A stretch of DNA of 32,000 bases from an uncultured Actinomycetes bacterium (GCA_963843975.1 CAWJMG010000003.1:1410001-1442000); one strand, 5' to 3'. Shown: positions 1 to 8,315, counted from the first letter of the stretch. Numbers and translations: made by a program. Notes: generated by a model not told the origin, from the sequence alone.

Positions 1-784
1 CGTCGCTGGGCACGGGCTCGGGGCTGATCACGCCGACCTCGAGCATCTCGTGGACGGCGCCGGTGCTCATCATCTGGATGCGCTCACGGGTCGACAGGCG
101 ACCGTCGATGACGCGCACGTAGGTGACCACGCCGCGGTAGGTGTCGTAGACCGAGTCGAAGATCATCGCGCGGGCAGGGGCCTTGGGGTCGCCGACCGGC
201 GCCGGCACGCGGCGTACGACCTCGTCGAGCAGCTCGGTCACGCCCTGGCCGGTCTTGGCGCTGACCTTGAGCACGGTGTCGGGGTCGCAGCCGATGATGT
301 GCGCGAGCTCGGCGGCGAACTTCTCCGGCTGCGCGGCAGGAAGGTCGATCTTGTTGAGCACCGGGATGATCTCGAGGTTGTTCTCGAGCGCCAGGTAGAG
401 GTTGGCGAGGGTCTGCGCCTCGATGCCCTGCGCGGCGTCGACGAGGAGCACGGCGCCCTCGCAGGCCGCGAGGCTGCGCGAGACCTCGTAGGTGAAGTCG
501 ACGTGGCCCGGGGTGTCGATCAGGTTGAGCGTGGTGCGGGTGCCGTCGGACGCCGTGTAGGGCAGGCGGACGGCCTGGCTCTTGATCGTGATGCCGCGCT
601 CGCGCTCGATGTCCATGCGGTCGAGGTACTGGGCGCGCATGTGGCGGGCGTCGACGACGCCGGTGACCTGCAGCATGCGGTCGGCCAGGGTCGACTTGCC
701 GTGGTCGATGTGGGCGATGATGCAGAAGTTCCGGATGGACGCGGAGTCGGTCCACCCGGGCTTCGCGGGGTCGGTCTGGGCCAC
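1..784 (-). CDS. lepA: Elongation factor 4 (LepA), N-terminal part; the gene runs off the left edge
   Basis: Reverse translation from GTG at 784 reads [42 protein letters not shown]...[16 protein letters not shown]..., with translational GTPase G1/G3 motifs. The frame stays open to position 1, so it is absent from the ORF track. It sits in the conserved lepA-rpsT-holA neighbourhood. Confidence 0.9.
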   Translation of the reverse strand, partial: MAQTDPAKPGWTDSASIRNFCIIAHIDHGKSTLADRMLQVTGVVDARHMRAQYLDRMDIERERGITIKSQAVRLPYTASDGTRTTLNLIDTPGHVDFTYEVSRSLAACEGAVLLVDAAQGIEAQTLANLYLALENNLEIIPVLNKIDLPAAQPEKFAAELAHIIGCDPDTVLKVSAKTGQGVTELLDEVVRRVPAPVGDPKAPARAMIFDSVYDTYRGVVTYVRVIDGRLSTRERIQMMSTGAVHEMLEVGVISPEPVPSD

Positions 785-1159
785 GGCGCTCTGGTCGTCC
801 TCGGGTCGGGTTCGGGGGCGCCCTCCCGCCGCCGAGGCGGCGCACGAGGCGCGGGCACCATCGTCCCACGTCCGCGGGCGTGCGCCCGCCGCACGTCCGT
901 GCGGGCGAGTCCGGCGCCGCGTCCGGGCCTGCGGGGTCGCCGTACGCCGCTGACCTGCGGTTTCGCCGGTCGCGAGGCGGTCGCGGCGGTGCCGGGCCGC
1001 CGACCGGACCGGATTTGGCCCCCGGACCCGCCGCCGGGTACCCTGGGCAGGTCAGTTGTGCGCGCTGTCCGCACGCGCGCCGACGCACCACTCCAGACCT
1101 GGCTCCACTCAGGCACGCCCACCGGCGTCCTGACGACACCGACGAAGGCGATAGGCACC

Positions 1160-1429
1160 GTGGCGAACATCAAGTCGCAGATCAAGCGCAACCGCACCAA
1201 CGAGGCAGCGCGCCTGCGCAACAAGTCGACCAAGTCGGCCCTCAAGACCGCGGTGCGCAAGTTCCACGCCGCCGCCGACGCCGGCGACGCCGCCCAGGTC
1301 GAGGAGCTCGCCCGCCAGGCGACCCGCGCCCTCGACAAGGCCGCGAGCAAGGGCGTCATCCACAAGAACCAGGCCGCCAACCGCAAGTCGGCGATCGCCA
1401 CCCGCGCCGCTGCGCTGGCCAAGGCCTGA
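1160..1429 (+). CDS. rpsT: 30S ribosomal protein S20
   Basis: GTG at 1160 lies in frame with ORF 50..1429. The product [35 protein letters not shown]...[22 protein letters not shown] (89 aa) is a typical S20. The upstream 370 codons of the ORF are Arg/Gly-rich off-frame shadow. Confidence 0.95.
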   Translation: MANIKSQIKRNRTNEAARLRNKSTKSALKTAVRKFHAAADAGDAAQVEELARQATRALDKAASKGVIHKNQAANRKSAIATRAAALAKA

Positions 1430-1445
1430 CGCACGCACCACGTCC

Positions 1446-1480
1446 GAGAGGGCGCCACCCCGCTGGGGTGGCGCCCTCTC
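1446..1480. terminator. Bidirectional stem-loop between convergent rpsT and holA
   Basis: A perfect 16-bp stem, GAGAGGGCGCCACCCC / GGGGTGGCGCCCTCTC, encloses a 3-nt loop. It lies 17 nt after the rpsT stop and 23 nt after the holA stop. Confidence 0.7.
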
Positions 1481-1502
1481 GCGTTGCTGGGGGAGGTGGC
1501 GG

Positions 1503-2561
1503 TCAGCGGGAGCGGTTGCGCACGGCGTGCAGCAGGGCGCTCTCGAGCACGTAGGTGCCCTGGTCGCGGTCGAGGCCCTCGTCGCTCATACTGCGCCCGG
1601 TGACCGAGCGGCCCTTCACGGCGGCGTCGGCCTTGGCGATCTCGACCAGGGCGGCAGCCAGCGCGGCGGGGTGCCAGCGGCCGGCCTGCTCGCGCAGGGT
1701 GCGGACCTTGAAGGGCGGCACTCCGGCCTCACGGGCGACGTCCGCCTCGGACGCACCCCGCGGGGCAGAGGCGACCCGGGCGAGGCCGCGCACTCCCCCG
1801 GCCACCGCAGCCGACAGGGCCGGGCCGGCGCCGGGGTCGTTGGCGAGCGCCCAGCGGGTACGGCGCAGCACCTCGACGGCCCGGCCGCCGAGCACGGCGT
1901 CGGACACGAGGTAGCCGGGGACGTCGGCGACGCCGCCGTAGTAGAGCGCGACGGACTCAGGGGTGATGGGGTCGTCCTGGACGTCGCTCACGAGCTGGGC
2001 GCAAGCGGCGGCCAGCGACCGCAGATCGTCGCCGATCGCGACCCGCAGCGCCTCGAGGGCGTCCGGGGTGGCCTTGCGCTTGGCGGTGTGCAGCTCGCGG
2101 GCGACGAAGTCGTCGACGGCGCGGCCCTTGGCCTTCTCGCACGGGGCGATGACGTAGCCGCCGGCGGCGAGCTGGTCGACGATCTTGCGGCCCTTCACCC
2201 CGCCCGGGTGCAGGACGACGACGCGGACCTCGCCCGACTCCGCGGCCTCGAGCAGCGAGGCGAGCATCCGCTCGTCGGCGCTCTCGGCGCCGCGCGCCAC
2301 GACCACGGCGGCGTCGCCGAAGAGGTTGGGCGAGCAGGCCTCGACGAGGTCGCCGAGCCCGGACTCGGACGCGAGGTCGACGTCGCGCCGCTCGATCGTG
2401 GGGTCCTCGGAACGCGCGGCTGCGACGACCGCGCCGACGACGCGCTCGGCCAGGAAGTCCTCGCCGCCGACGGCGACGACCGCGCGGTGGCGTGCGGCGT
2501 CGACCTCGGGCGTGGTGGTGGCCGCGGCCTTGGGGGCGGCGGACTTCTTGGCAGGCGGCAT
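1503..2561 (-). CDS. holA: DNA polymerase III subunit delta
   Basis: 352-aa ORF with good codon bias. Its position between rpsT and comEC matches other actinobacteria. The pattern ...FGDAAVVVARGAE...LHPGGVKGRKIV...YYGGVADVPGYLVSDAVLGGRAVEVLRRTRWAL... is consistent with HolA. Confidence 0.8.
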   Translation of the reverse strand: MPPAKKSAAPKAAATTTPEVDAARHRAVVAVGGEDFLAERVVGAVVAAARSEDPTIERRDVDLASESGLGDLVEACSPNLFGDAAVVVARGAESADERMLASLLEAAESGEVRVVVLHPGGVKGRKIVDQLAAGGYVIAPCEKAKGRAVDDFVARELHTAKRKATPDALEALRVAIGDDLRSLAAACAQLVSDVQDDPITPESVALYYGGVADVPGYLVSDAVLGGRAVEVLRRTRWALANDPGAGPALSAAVAGGVRGLARVASAPRGASEADVAREAGVPPFKVRTLREQAGRWHPAALAAALVEIAKADAAVKGRSVTGRSMSDEGLDRDQGTYVLESALLHAVRNRSR

Positions 2562-2603
2562 CTCGGCGTCAGCCTCTCACGCCGCCCCGACAAACCGGTC
2601 GCA

Positions 2604-4214
2604 CTACCTGCCGCGGCGCAGGAGCCCGAGCGCTCCGGCGTCGTCGACCACGACGGCGAGGTCGCCGTCCTCGTCGGTGCGGCCGACCACCGCCCCGACA
2701 TCCCGATAGGCCGCGACCGTCTCGGGGGCGGGGTGGCCGTAGTCGTTGTCGACCCCGACGCCGATCAGGGCGATACGCGGCCGGAACGATGTCGCCCAGG
2801 CCGCCGACTGGTAGCGCGAGCCGTGGTGCGGCACCTTCACGACGTCGACGGGCGTCACCGGCGTCTGCGCGAGCACGGCGTCCTGCGCCGCCTCCTCGAG
2901 GTCGCCGCCGAGGGCGAAGGTGACGCCGTCGACCTCGGCGAGCACGGTCACGCTCGCGTTGTTGGCGTCGGAGCCCTCGCCGCGGATGAACCGCGTCGGC
3001 CACACCACCCGCAGGTGGACCGACCCGATCCGCCACTCGTCGCCGGGGGACGCCGTCCGCATCGACGCACCGGAGTCCGTCAGCCAACGCAGCACGCGCC
3101 GCTCCTCCCCCGGCGGGTCGTCGAGCGGTGACGTGACCACGACGCCCACGGCCCGGCCGCGCAGGACGCCGGGCAGCCCCTCGACGTGGTCGGCGTGGAA
3201 GTGCGTGAGGAGCACGAGCGGCACGCGGGTGACCCCGAGCCGCCGCAGGCACCGGTCGACCAGGGACGGATCGGGCCCCGTGTCGACGACGACCGCCTCG
3301 CTCGTCGCCACCCGGAGGACGAGGGAGTCGCCCTGGCCGACGTCGCACATCACGGCCCGCCAGCCCGACGGCGGCCAGGCGAGAGCACCGGGCACGACGA
3401 CGGGGACGGGCGCCACCGCGACGACCACGCAGGCCACGGCGCCGACGACCAGCGAGGTGCGCAGCACCGGCCCGCCGTGGCGCCGGGCGAGCCACGCACC
3501 CGTCGCCGCCAGCGCGGTGACGACGGTGATCGACGCCGCCCCGGCCCAGCCCGACGGCCACGGCAGGCTGCCCGCGAGCACCGAGGTCTGGCGGGCGACG
3601 ATCGCGATCCACGAGACCGCCCACCCAGCAGGCAACGCGACGACCGAGGCCGCCGGTGCCGACACCAGTCCCACGACCGCTGCGACCAGTCCGAGGGACG
3701 TCGCCGGCGCGACCGCGGGCTCGGCGAGAAGGTTGGCGACGACGCCGCCCACCGGCACTCCCCCGCCGATGCCGACCACGAGCGGTGCGACCGCGAGCTG
3801 GGCAGCCGCGCTCACCACCACGAGCGCACCGACCGCCCCGCGAGTGCGCTGCCACCACGTGCCTTCCACGAGCCCCGGCCCGGCCCGGGCGGCCACGAGG
3901 ATCAGCGCGGCCGTGGCGGCCACCGACATCGCGAAGCCGACCGAGAGGGCGAGGAACGGGTCGAGCAGCACGAGTGAGGCGACGGCGACGGCCAGCGCGT
4001 CGAGCGGCTTCACCCGCAGGTCGAGCAGCAGCACCACCAGGACGACCGCGGCCATCGCGGCGGCCCGGAGCACCGACGGCTGCGGCCGCGCGACCACGAC
4101 GTACGCCGCCACCGCCAGACCCACGACGAGCAGCTGCGCGACGCCGCGCCGCAGGCCCACGAGGCGGCCGAGCACGACGACGACGGCGACCACCACTGCG
4201 ACGTTGCCACCGCT
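2604..4214 (-). CDS. comEC: ComEC/Rec2 C-terminal fragment (membrane competence domain remainder plus metallo-beta-lactamase domain), separated from its 5' part by the inserted element
   Basis: The minus frame is open from 4226 and reads SGGNVAVVVAVVVVLGRL..., followed by many TM helices. It continues ...MCDVGQGDSLVL...LLTHFHADHVEGL...VVKVPHHGSRYQ... (MBL fold). The first in-frame start is GTG 4196 and there is no plausible promoter or RBS. It continues the frame of the fragment at 13913-14707 across the shared core. Confidence 0.9.
   Translation of the reverse strand, partial: SGGNVAVVVAVVVVLGRLVGLRRGVAQLLVVGLAVAAYVVVARPQPSVLRAAAMAAVVLVVLLLDLRVKPLDALAVAVASLVLLDPFLALSVGFAMSVAATAALILVAARAGPGLVEGTWWQRTRGAVGALVVVSAAAQLAVAPLVVGIGGGVPVGGVVANLLAEPAVAPATSLGLVAAVVGLVSAPAASVVALPAGWAVSWIAIVARQTSVLAGSLPWPSGWAGAASITVVTALAATGAWLARRHGGPVLRTSLVVGAVACVVVAVAPVPVVVPGALAWPPSGWRAVMCDVGQGDSLVLRVATSEAVVVDTGPDPSLVDRCLRRLGVTRVPLVLLTHFHADHVEGLPGVLRGRAVGVVVTSPLDDPPGEERRVLRWLTDSGASMRTASPGDEWRIGSVHLRVVWPTRFIRGEGSDANNASVTVLAEVDGVTFALGGDLEEAAQDAVLAQTPVTPVDVVKVPHHGSRYQSAAWATSFRPRIALIGVGVDNDYGHPAPETVAAYRDVGAVVGRTDEDGDLAVVVDDAGALGLLRRGR
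4204..4214. repeat. attL core (TTGCCACCGCT)
   Basis: The same 11-mer, with one A/G difference, recurs at 13926-13936. On the minus strand both copies encode the S-G-G-N codons of comEC. Confidence 0.8.
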
Positions 4215-4233
4215 AATTGTGCATAGTTAGGGT
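4204..4233 (+). promoter_or_regulatory. Candidate integrase promoter overlapping the att core (TTGCCA, 18 nt spacer, TAGGGT)
   Basis: The -35-like TTGCCA (4204-4209) is the left half of the att core. The TANNNT-type -10, TAGGGT, is at 4228-4233. The ATG at 4240 lies 7 nt after the -10, which suggests a leaderless transcript. Confidence 0.35.
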
Positions 4234-4239
4234 GTGCAG

Positions 4240-5628
4240 ATGCGAGCCATCACCTACGCCAGGAAGTCGAACACCGACACGCGCAACCCCGGCAAGAGTG
4301 TCCGAGACCAGCAGCGCGAGGCACGCACCGAAGTCGAACGCCGCGGCTGGACCCTCATCGACGAGCTGAAGGACGACGGCATCGGAGCAAGCCGCCACAG
4401 CCGTAAGCGCGAGCGCCCCGGCTTCGACGCGCTTCTCGACCTCATCGCCACGCGCAAGGTCGATGCAGTGGTGCTGCCTGAGCAGAGCCGCGCCACCCGT
4501 CGCTTATCGATCCTCGGCGCCCTGCTCGAGGAGTGCGCCGACGCCGGAGTGCTCCTCGTGATCGACGGCCGCGAGATGGATCCGAGCAACGCCGGTGACC
4601 TCCTACAGCTCGGCGTGCAAGGCGCCGTCGACGTCGCCGAGGTCGAGCGCACCCGCGAGCGGGTCGAGCGCGGGATGCGCGGATCAGCCGCAGCAGGCAG
4701 GCCCCACGGGCGCCCCGTGTTCGGGTACACGCGCATCTACTCGCCCTCGAGCCGCGAGCTGCTGCGCGTGGACGTCCAGCCGCAGCAGGCGGCAATCGTG
4801 CGTCGCATCGCGGAACACCTCCTCACCGGTGGCACGGTCCGCAGCATCACCCTGGCGCTGAACGCCGAGGGCGTCCCGAATCCGACCGGTCGCGCGTGGC
4901 ACCCGTCGAGCGTGCGACGCATGATCGTGTCGCCGACGTACGCCGGGCGCAGGGTGCACCGCGGGGCAGTCGTCGGCGACGGTGACTGGCCCGCGATCCT
5001 CACCCTCGACGAGCACCTGGCGCTCGTTGCGGCCATGACCGCGCCCGGACGAGCCTCCAAGCGCCCCAGCGTGCGCAAGCACTTGTGCAGCGGGCTCGCG
5101 CGGTGCAGCGAGTGCGAAGGCCCTCTGCGCGTCGTCCTCGACCGTCGACGCCCGACCTACGCCTGCGCGACACCGGGGTGCTACCGAGTGACCGTCGGGA
5201 AGGAGTCTCTGGACGCCTTCGTGAGCGAGGCCCTCCGGGCTCGGCTCGCGCGTCCGGACGTCGTCGCCGCGCTCGGCCGCGGAGACATCGCAACGGTGCA
5301 GGCCGCACGGGACGCGCTCGACGACCTCGACGCACGCCGCGCGGACGTGCTCGCGATGCTCGCGGACGGCACGCTGCGCCGCGCCGAGGCAACCCCGATC
5401 CTGAAGAGCATCGACGCCGAGCGTCGCGACGCCGACGCGCGCGCCCTCGCCGCCGTCGGCTCCCGCGAGCTCCTCGATCTCGACGTCAACAGGCTCGACG
5501 CTCCGACGCTCGCGCGCGTCGCCCCCCTTGTCCTGTCACGTGTCGTCGTCCGACGATCGGCGCAGGTTCGTGGGCACAACAGGTTCGATGCGTCGCGTGT
5601 GACGTTCGAATGGATCGGCGCGGACTGA
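4240..5628 (+). CDS. Large serine recombinase (integrase)
   Basis: The N-terminus MRAITYARKSNTD carries the YxRxS catalytic-serine context of the resolvase domain. A recombinase domain and a Cys-rich zinc ribbon follow (CSGLARCSECEGPL...YACATPGCY), then a coiled-coil tail. An alternative GTG start is at 4234. Confidence 0.9.
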   Translation: MRAITYARKSNTDTRNPGKSVRDQQREARTEVERRGWTLIDELKDDGIGASRHSRKRERPGFDALLDLIATRKVDAVVLPEQSRATRRLSILGALLEECADAGVLLVIDGREMDPSNAGDLLQLGVQGAVDVAEVERTRERVERGMRGSAAAGRPHGRPVFGYTRIYSPSSRELLRVDVQPQQAAIVRRIAEHLLTGGTVRSITLALNAEGVPNPTGRAWHPSSVRRMIVSPTYAGRRVHRGAVVGDGDWPAILTLDEHLALVAAMTAPGRASKRPSVRKHLCSGLARCSECEGPLRVVLDRRRPTYACATPGCYRVTVGKESLDAFVSEALRARLARPDVVAALGRGDIATVQAARDALDDLDARRADVLAMLADGTLRRAEATPILKSIDAERRDADARALAAVGSRELLDLDVNRLDAPTLARVAPLVLSRVVVRRSAQVRGHNRFDASRVTFEWIGAD

Positions 5629-5642
5629 CGACACGCCGTCGC

Positions 5643-5672
5643 TTGACTTGCCCGGTTTGCGCGACCTACGTT
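5643..5672 (+). promoter_or_regulatory. Candidate sigma-70-type promoter for the xis-rep operon (TTGACT, 18 nt spacer, TACGTT)
   Basis: The hexamers were read directly at 5643-5648 and 5667-5672. They lie in the 265-nt gap after int and upstream of the co-directional coupled genes 5894-7496. Confidence 0.35.
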
Positions 5673-5818
5673 CGTAACAGGCGATGACCAGCAGCCGCAA
5701 GCCGAAGCGAGCCTTTCGGCGGTTGATGTAGCCAACCAGATGCAGTTGCACGTCGGGAAAGACCATCCCGCCCGGACAGGCTCGGGGCGCTTCAGCGGAT
5801 GGCGAGCACCCGGCAGTC

Positions 5819-5876
5819 GAATCCCTCTGGATTCCGCACTGCCTGGCGATCTCAACCGACAAGCGAAGCGGAATCC
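5819..5876. promoter_or_regulatory. GAATCC/GGATTC inverted-repeat set (possible operator or 5'-UTR structure) upstream of the Xis-like gene
   Basis: GAATCC at 5819-5824 and GGATTC at 5829-5834 form a 6-bp hairpin. TGGATTCCGC (5828-5837) is inverted relative to GCGGAATCC (5868-5876). CCCCGTTCGGGG follows immediately before the RBS. Confidence 0.3.
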
Positions 5877-5893
5877 CCGTTCGGGGAGACCGA

Positions 5894-6073
5894 ATGCCGC
5901 TCCTACCCTCGATCCAAGATCACACGCTCTACGTTCGCGACGTCGTGGAGCTCCTCAACGTCGACGCCACAACGGTTCGCCGCTGGGTCGCCGACGGGAA
6001 GCTGCCCGCCGTACGCGTTGGCAATGTGCTGCGATTCCGCGCAGTAGACGTCGACGCTCTCGTGAAGCGATGA
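5894..6073 (+). CDS. Excisionase-family helix-turn-helix DNA-binding protein (candidate recombination directionality factor)
   Basis: This 59-aa ORF is below the ORF-track cutoff. It reads MPLLPSIQDHTLYVRDVVELLNVDATTVRRWVADGKLPAVRVGNVLRFRAVDVDALVKR, the classic Xis/MerR-type HTH_17 pattern. The RBS GGGGAG lies 6 nt upstream, and its stop overlaps the next start (ATGA). Confidence 0.8.
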   Translation: MPLLPSIQDHTLYVRDVVELLNVDATTVRRWVADGKLPAVRVGNVLRFRAVDVDALVKR

Positions 6074-6189
6074 CTGCCCTCACACCGGACGCCCTCGAGT
6101 TGGCGCGCCAGGCTGCCGACGAGGCCCCGGAGCTCAGCGCTGCGCAGGCCGCGCGAGTCGTCGCCGTGCTCTGCGAGTCATCGAGGTGA
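6070..6189 (+). CDS. Small hypothetical protein (39 aa), translationally coupled on both sides
   Basis: MTALTPDALELARQAADEAPELSAAQAARVVAVLCESSR. Its ATG overlaps the xis stop, and its TGA overlaps the GTG of the next gene (GTGA). No family was recognised. Confidence 0.45.
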   Translation: MTALTPDALELARQAADEAPELSAAQAARVVAVLCESSR

Positions 6190-7496
6190 GCGACTCAACG
6201 CCCATCCCCCGCGACGAGCTTGAGGTCGCCGTGGCGTGCCTGTCGGAGTCGGACCTGCGGGCACTCATGGGCGACGCCGTACGCGCAAACCTCCTCGAGC
6301 TACGGCGAGACCCGCGGGGCCTTGTCGGAGTCGGCACCTACAGCGAGCGCGCCGACAGGCGGAAGGCCGCGGAGGCCGTCGCCGACGAGCGCCGTCGCCA
6401 GCAGGCCCGCGAACAGGTCCGAAGGGAACGCGCAGACGCCGCCTTCAGGGCTCCAAGTGCCCTCGAAGTCCTCTCGAACGCCCCCGATCACGAGACCGAC
6501 GACGTGCACCGCGTCGAAGGCTTCCTGCCCCTCGACGGAAGCGCGACCGTCATCGGCGCGGCTAAGGTTGGAAAGTCCACGCTGCTCGTCGAACTCGTGC
6601 GCTGCCTCGTCGACGGCGAGCCGTTCCTTGACGCCTACCCGGTGAAGCAGGTTGACGACGGCCGCGTGGTCGTGCTCAACCTCGAGGTGAGCCCGCGCAC
6701 CTACCGGCGGTGGCTGCGCCGTGCCGGCATCCGCAACGCCCACGCGGTCGGGGTGCTGCACATGCGCGGTACGGGTTTCGAGATCGAGTCGCCCGCAGCC
6801 CGAGCCTGGCTGGTCGACCAGCTCCGGCAGGCGTCAGCCCGCGTTCTCATCGTTGACCCGTTCTCGGCCATTTACCGGGGGCAGTCCGACGTCGACAACC
6901 GGGAGGTGCGCGGTTGGCTCGACGAGCTGTCAGCCGTGGCGCTCGAGGCCGGGGTGCGGGAGGTGGTGCTCGGCGTGCACGCGGGGCGGGACAAGAGCCG
7001 CAGCCGCGGCGCGTCCGCGCTCGACGACTGGCCGGACGCCGTGTGGACGATCACCCGCGACGCGAGCACCAACCTGCGCTCAATCGCCGTCGACGGCCGC
7101 CACGACCGCAAGGCCGGCGACGTCGTGCTCACGTTCGACGAGTCGACCCACAGAGTCGCCCTCGACGTCCGCGCCTCCGGGATCACACCAGCACAGCGGA
7201 AGGCGCACGAGGCCGACCGACGGCGCGCAGAGCGCTACAGCGCCGACCGTGCCGACGAGATGCAGCTGCTCCACCTGGTCAGAGAGCGCCCCGGCATGTC
7301 GGCGCGGGAGCTGCGCTCCGAGCTTCGTTCGCGGCTAAGTAGTGGCGCGGAGCGTGCTGGGCAGGCGATTGACCGCTGCGTGGTTGAAGGCGACGTGGCG
7401 AAGGTGAAGGTGGGAAGGTCGACGGTCCTCGAGCTGACTGACAAGGGTCGTGCCCGGATCGAGCTCCCTTCGCTCATCGCAGGGGCGGCGCAGTGA
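6186..7496 (+). CDS. RecA-like P-loop ATPase (AAA_25 / RepA-type) with C-terminal winged-helix; probable replication initiator/helicase of the element
   Basis: Walker A is GAAKVGKST and the Walker B-like strand is ARVLIVDPFSAIY. The layout resembles plasmid RepA/DnaB-like AAA_25 proteins common on integrative elements. The C-terminus LLHLVRERPGMSARELRSEL...VKVGRSTVLELTDKGRARI looks like a wHTH. Confidence 0.7.
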   Translation: MSDSTPIPRDELEVAVACLSESDLRALMGDAVRANLLELRRDPRGLVGVGTYSERADRRKAAEAVADERRRQQAREQVRRERADAAFRAPSALEVLSNAPDHETDDVHRVEGFLPLDGSATVIGAAKVGKSTLLVELVRCLVDGEPFLDAYPVKQVDDGRVVVLNLEVSPRTYRRWLRRAGIRNAHAVGVLHMRGTGFEIESPAARAWLVDQLRQASARVLIVDPFSAIYRGQSDVDNREVRGWLDELSAVALEAGVREVVLGVHAGRDKSRSRGASALDDWPDAVWTITRDASTNLRSIAVDGRHDRKAGDVVLTFDESTHRVALDVRASGITPAQRKAHEADRRRAERYSADRADEMQLLHLVRERPGMSARELRSELRSRLSSGAERAGQAIDRCVVEGDVAKVKVGRSTVLELTDKGRARIELPSLIAGAAQ

Positions 7497-7501
7497 TCTG
7501 C

Positions 7502-7684
7502 GTGCCTTGGCAGTCGACCGCGCCGGCGAGGTCTGGGCCGCCTCGGCCGCATCGCCATGACTGTGCCTCGGTGCCTTCGGTGCCTCCCTATAAGCGTGCG
7601 AGGCACGCATATCGACGTGCGTCCGTGCCTTGGTGCCTCGGTGGCTTCCAGCGGGACCAAGTCCCACCGAGGCACACAAGGCAC
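7502..7684. repeat. Iteron-like cluster of GTGCCT(Y)GG motifs (candidate origin of replication)
   Basis: Direct GTGCCT copies lie at 7502, 7563, 7571, 7580, 7625 and 7633, with variant GTGGCT at 7641. Inverted AGGCAC copies lie at 7601, 7670 and 7679. Two tandem sets with 8-9 nt spacing flank a more AT-rich stretch (CTATAAGCG...CATATCGAC). The cluster starts immediately 3' of the ATPase gene. Confidence 0.55.
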
Positions 7685-7725
7685 ACCGGAAGACCAACGA
7701 ACCCACCCACACTGAGGAGCGAACG

Positions 7726-7998
7726 ATGACCGACTTCTACGACGGCCCTACTCGCGAGCAGGCGGAGGCCGCGCACGCCAATCTCGCCGCCCAGCTCATC
7801 GTCGCCTGGGATGCCGCACGACACCTCGCCGACGACCACGAGGCGCGTCCGATGCGCGACCTCCTCGAGACTGCGCCGGCAGACGCTGCTTGGGCGCTCG
7901 GCGTGCTGCTCGGACACGCGATCGAGTACGGCGCGGACCGCGCCCTGGACGAGGCCCTCGAGAGTCTGCGGCTCGACGTCGAGGCGGTGGCCTCGTGA
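7726..7998 (+). CDS. Hypothetical protein (90 aa)
   Basis: The ATG at 7726 is preceded by the RBS GAGGAG. The product is acidic and helical (MTDFYDGPTREQAEAAHANLAAQLIVAWD...). Its stop overlaps the next start (GTGA). No family was recognised. Confidence 0.6.
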   Translation: MTDFYDGPTREQAEAAHANLAAQLIVAWDAARHLADDHEARPMRDLLETAPADAAWALGVLLGHAIEYGADRALDEALESLRLDVEAVAS

Positions 7999-8315
7999 CG
8001 CCGCCTCGCGCCGCTCAGAGCGCCCAACGGCCCGCCTGGGTTCCTCCTGTTCCGAGCCCCACCTCCGTGGAGCCTGATGCCCTCTTCGCCCTCCTGCGGC
8101 GCCTCGTCGAGGCGAGCGAGCGGCAGGCGGAGGCGGCGGAACGGCACACCTACCTGCTCGCGGCAATCTTGACCGCGATCGACGACGGCACCGCAGCCAG
8201 GATCGAGGGTCGGGCATCGGTGGCCGTGCGGGATGCCGAGGACACGCGCTTCAACCTCGGCCGCCTCACCGACCAAGCCGAGCGGCTCGCCGCCGTCGAC
8301 CGGGAAGATGGGTAG
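7995..8315 (+). CDS. Hypothetical protein (106 aa), Pro-rich N-terminus plus predicted coiled coil
   Basis: The GTG at 7995 is coupled to the upstream stop. The sequence ...LFALLRRLVEASERQAEAAERHTYLLAAILTAIDDG... looks coiled-coil. Its stop overlaps the start of the connector-like gene by 1 nt. No family was recognised. Confidence 0.55.
   Translation: MTPPRAAQSAQRPAWVPPVPSPTSVEPDALFALLRRLVEASERQAEAAERHTYLLAAILTAIDDGTAARIEGRASVAVRDAEDTRFNLGRLTDQAERLAAVDREDG

Noticed and set aside
50-1159. Upstream 370 codons of ORF 50..1429 as part of a 459-aa protein
   Set aside because: This part lies antisense to lepA and has shadow-type composition. Only the last 89 codons (from GTG 1160) are S20.
4213-4398. 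Minus-strand 61-aa ORF at the left junction
   Set aside because: It lies antisense to the integrase catalytic domain and has no supporting signals.
5536-5862. Minus-strand 108-aa ORF as a possible divergent repressor (cI-like) next to xis
   Set aside because: It overlaps the 3' end of int and has no HTH-like segment, no RBS and poor codon usage.
7502-7684. CRISPR array
   Set aside because: The repeat unit is only 6-9 nt with 8-9 nt periodicity and mixed orientation, so it has no spacer-sized intervals. It is interpreted as iterons.
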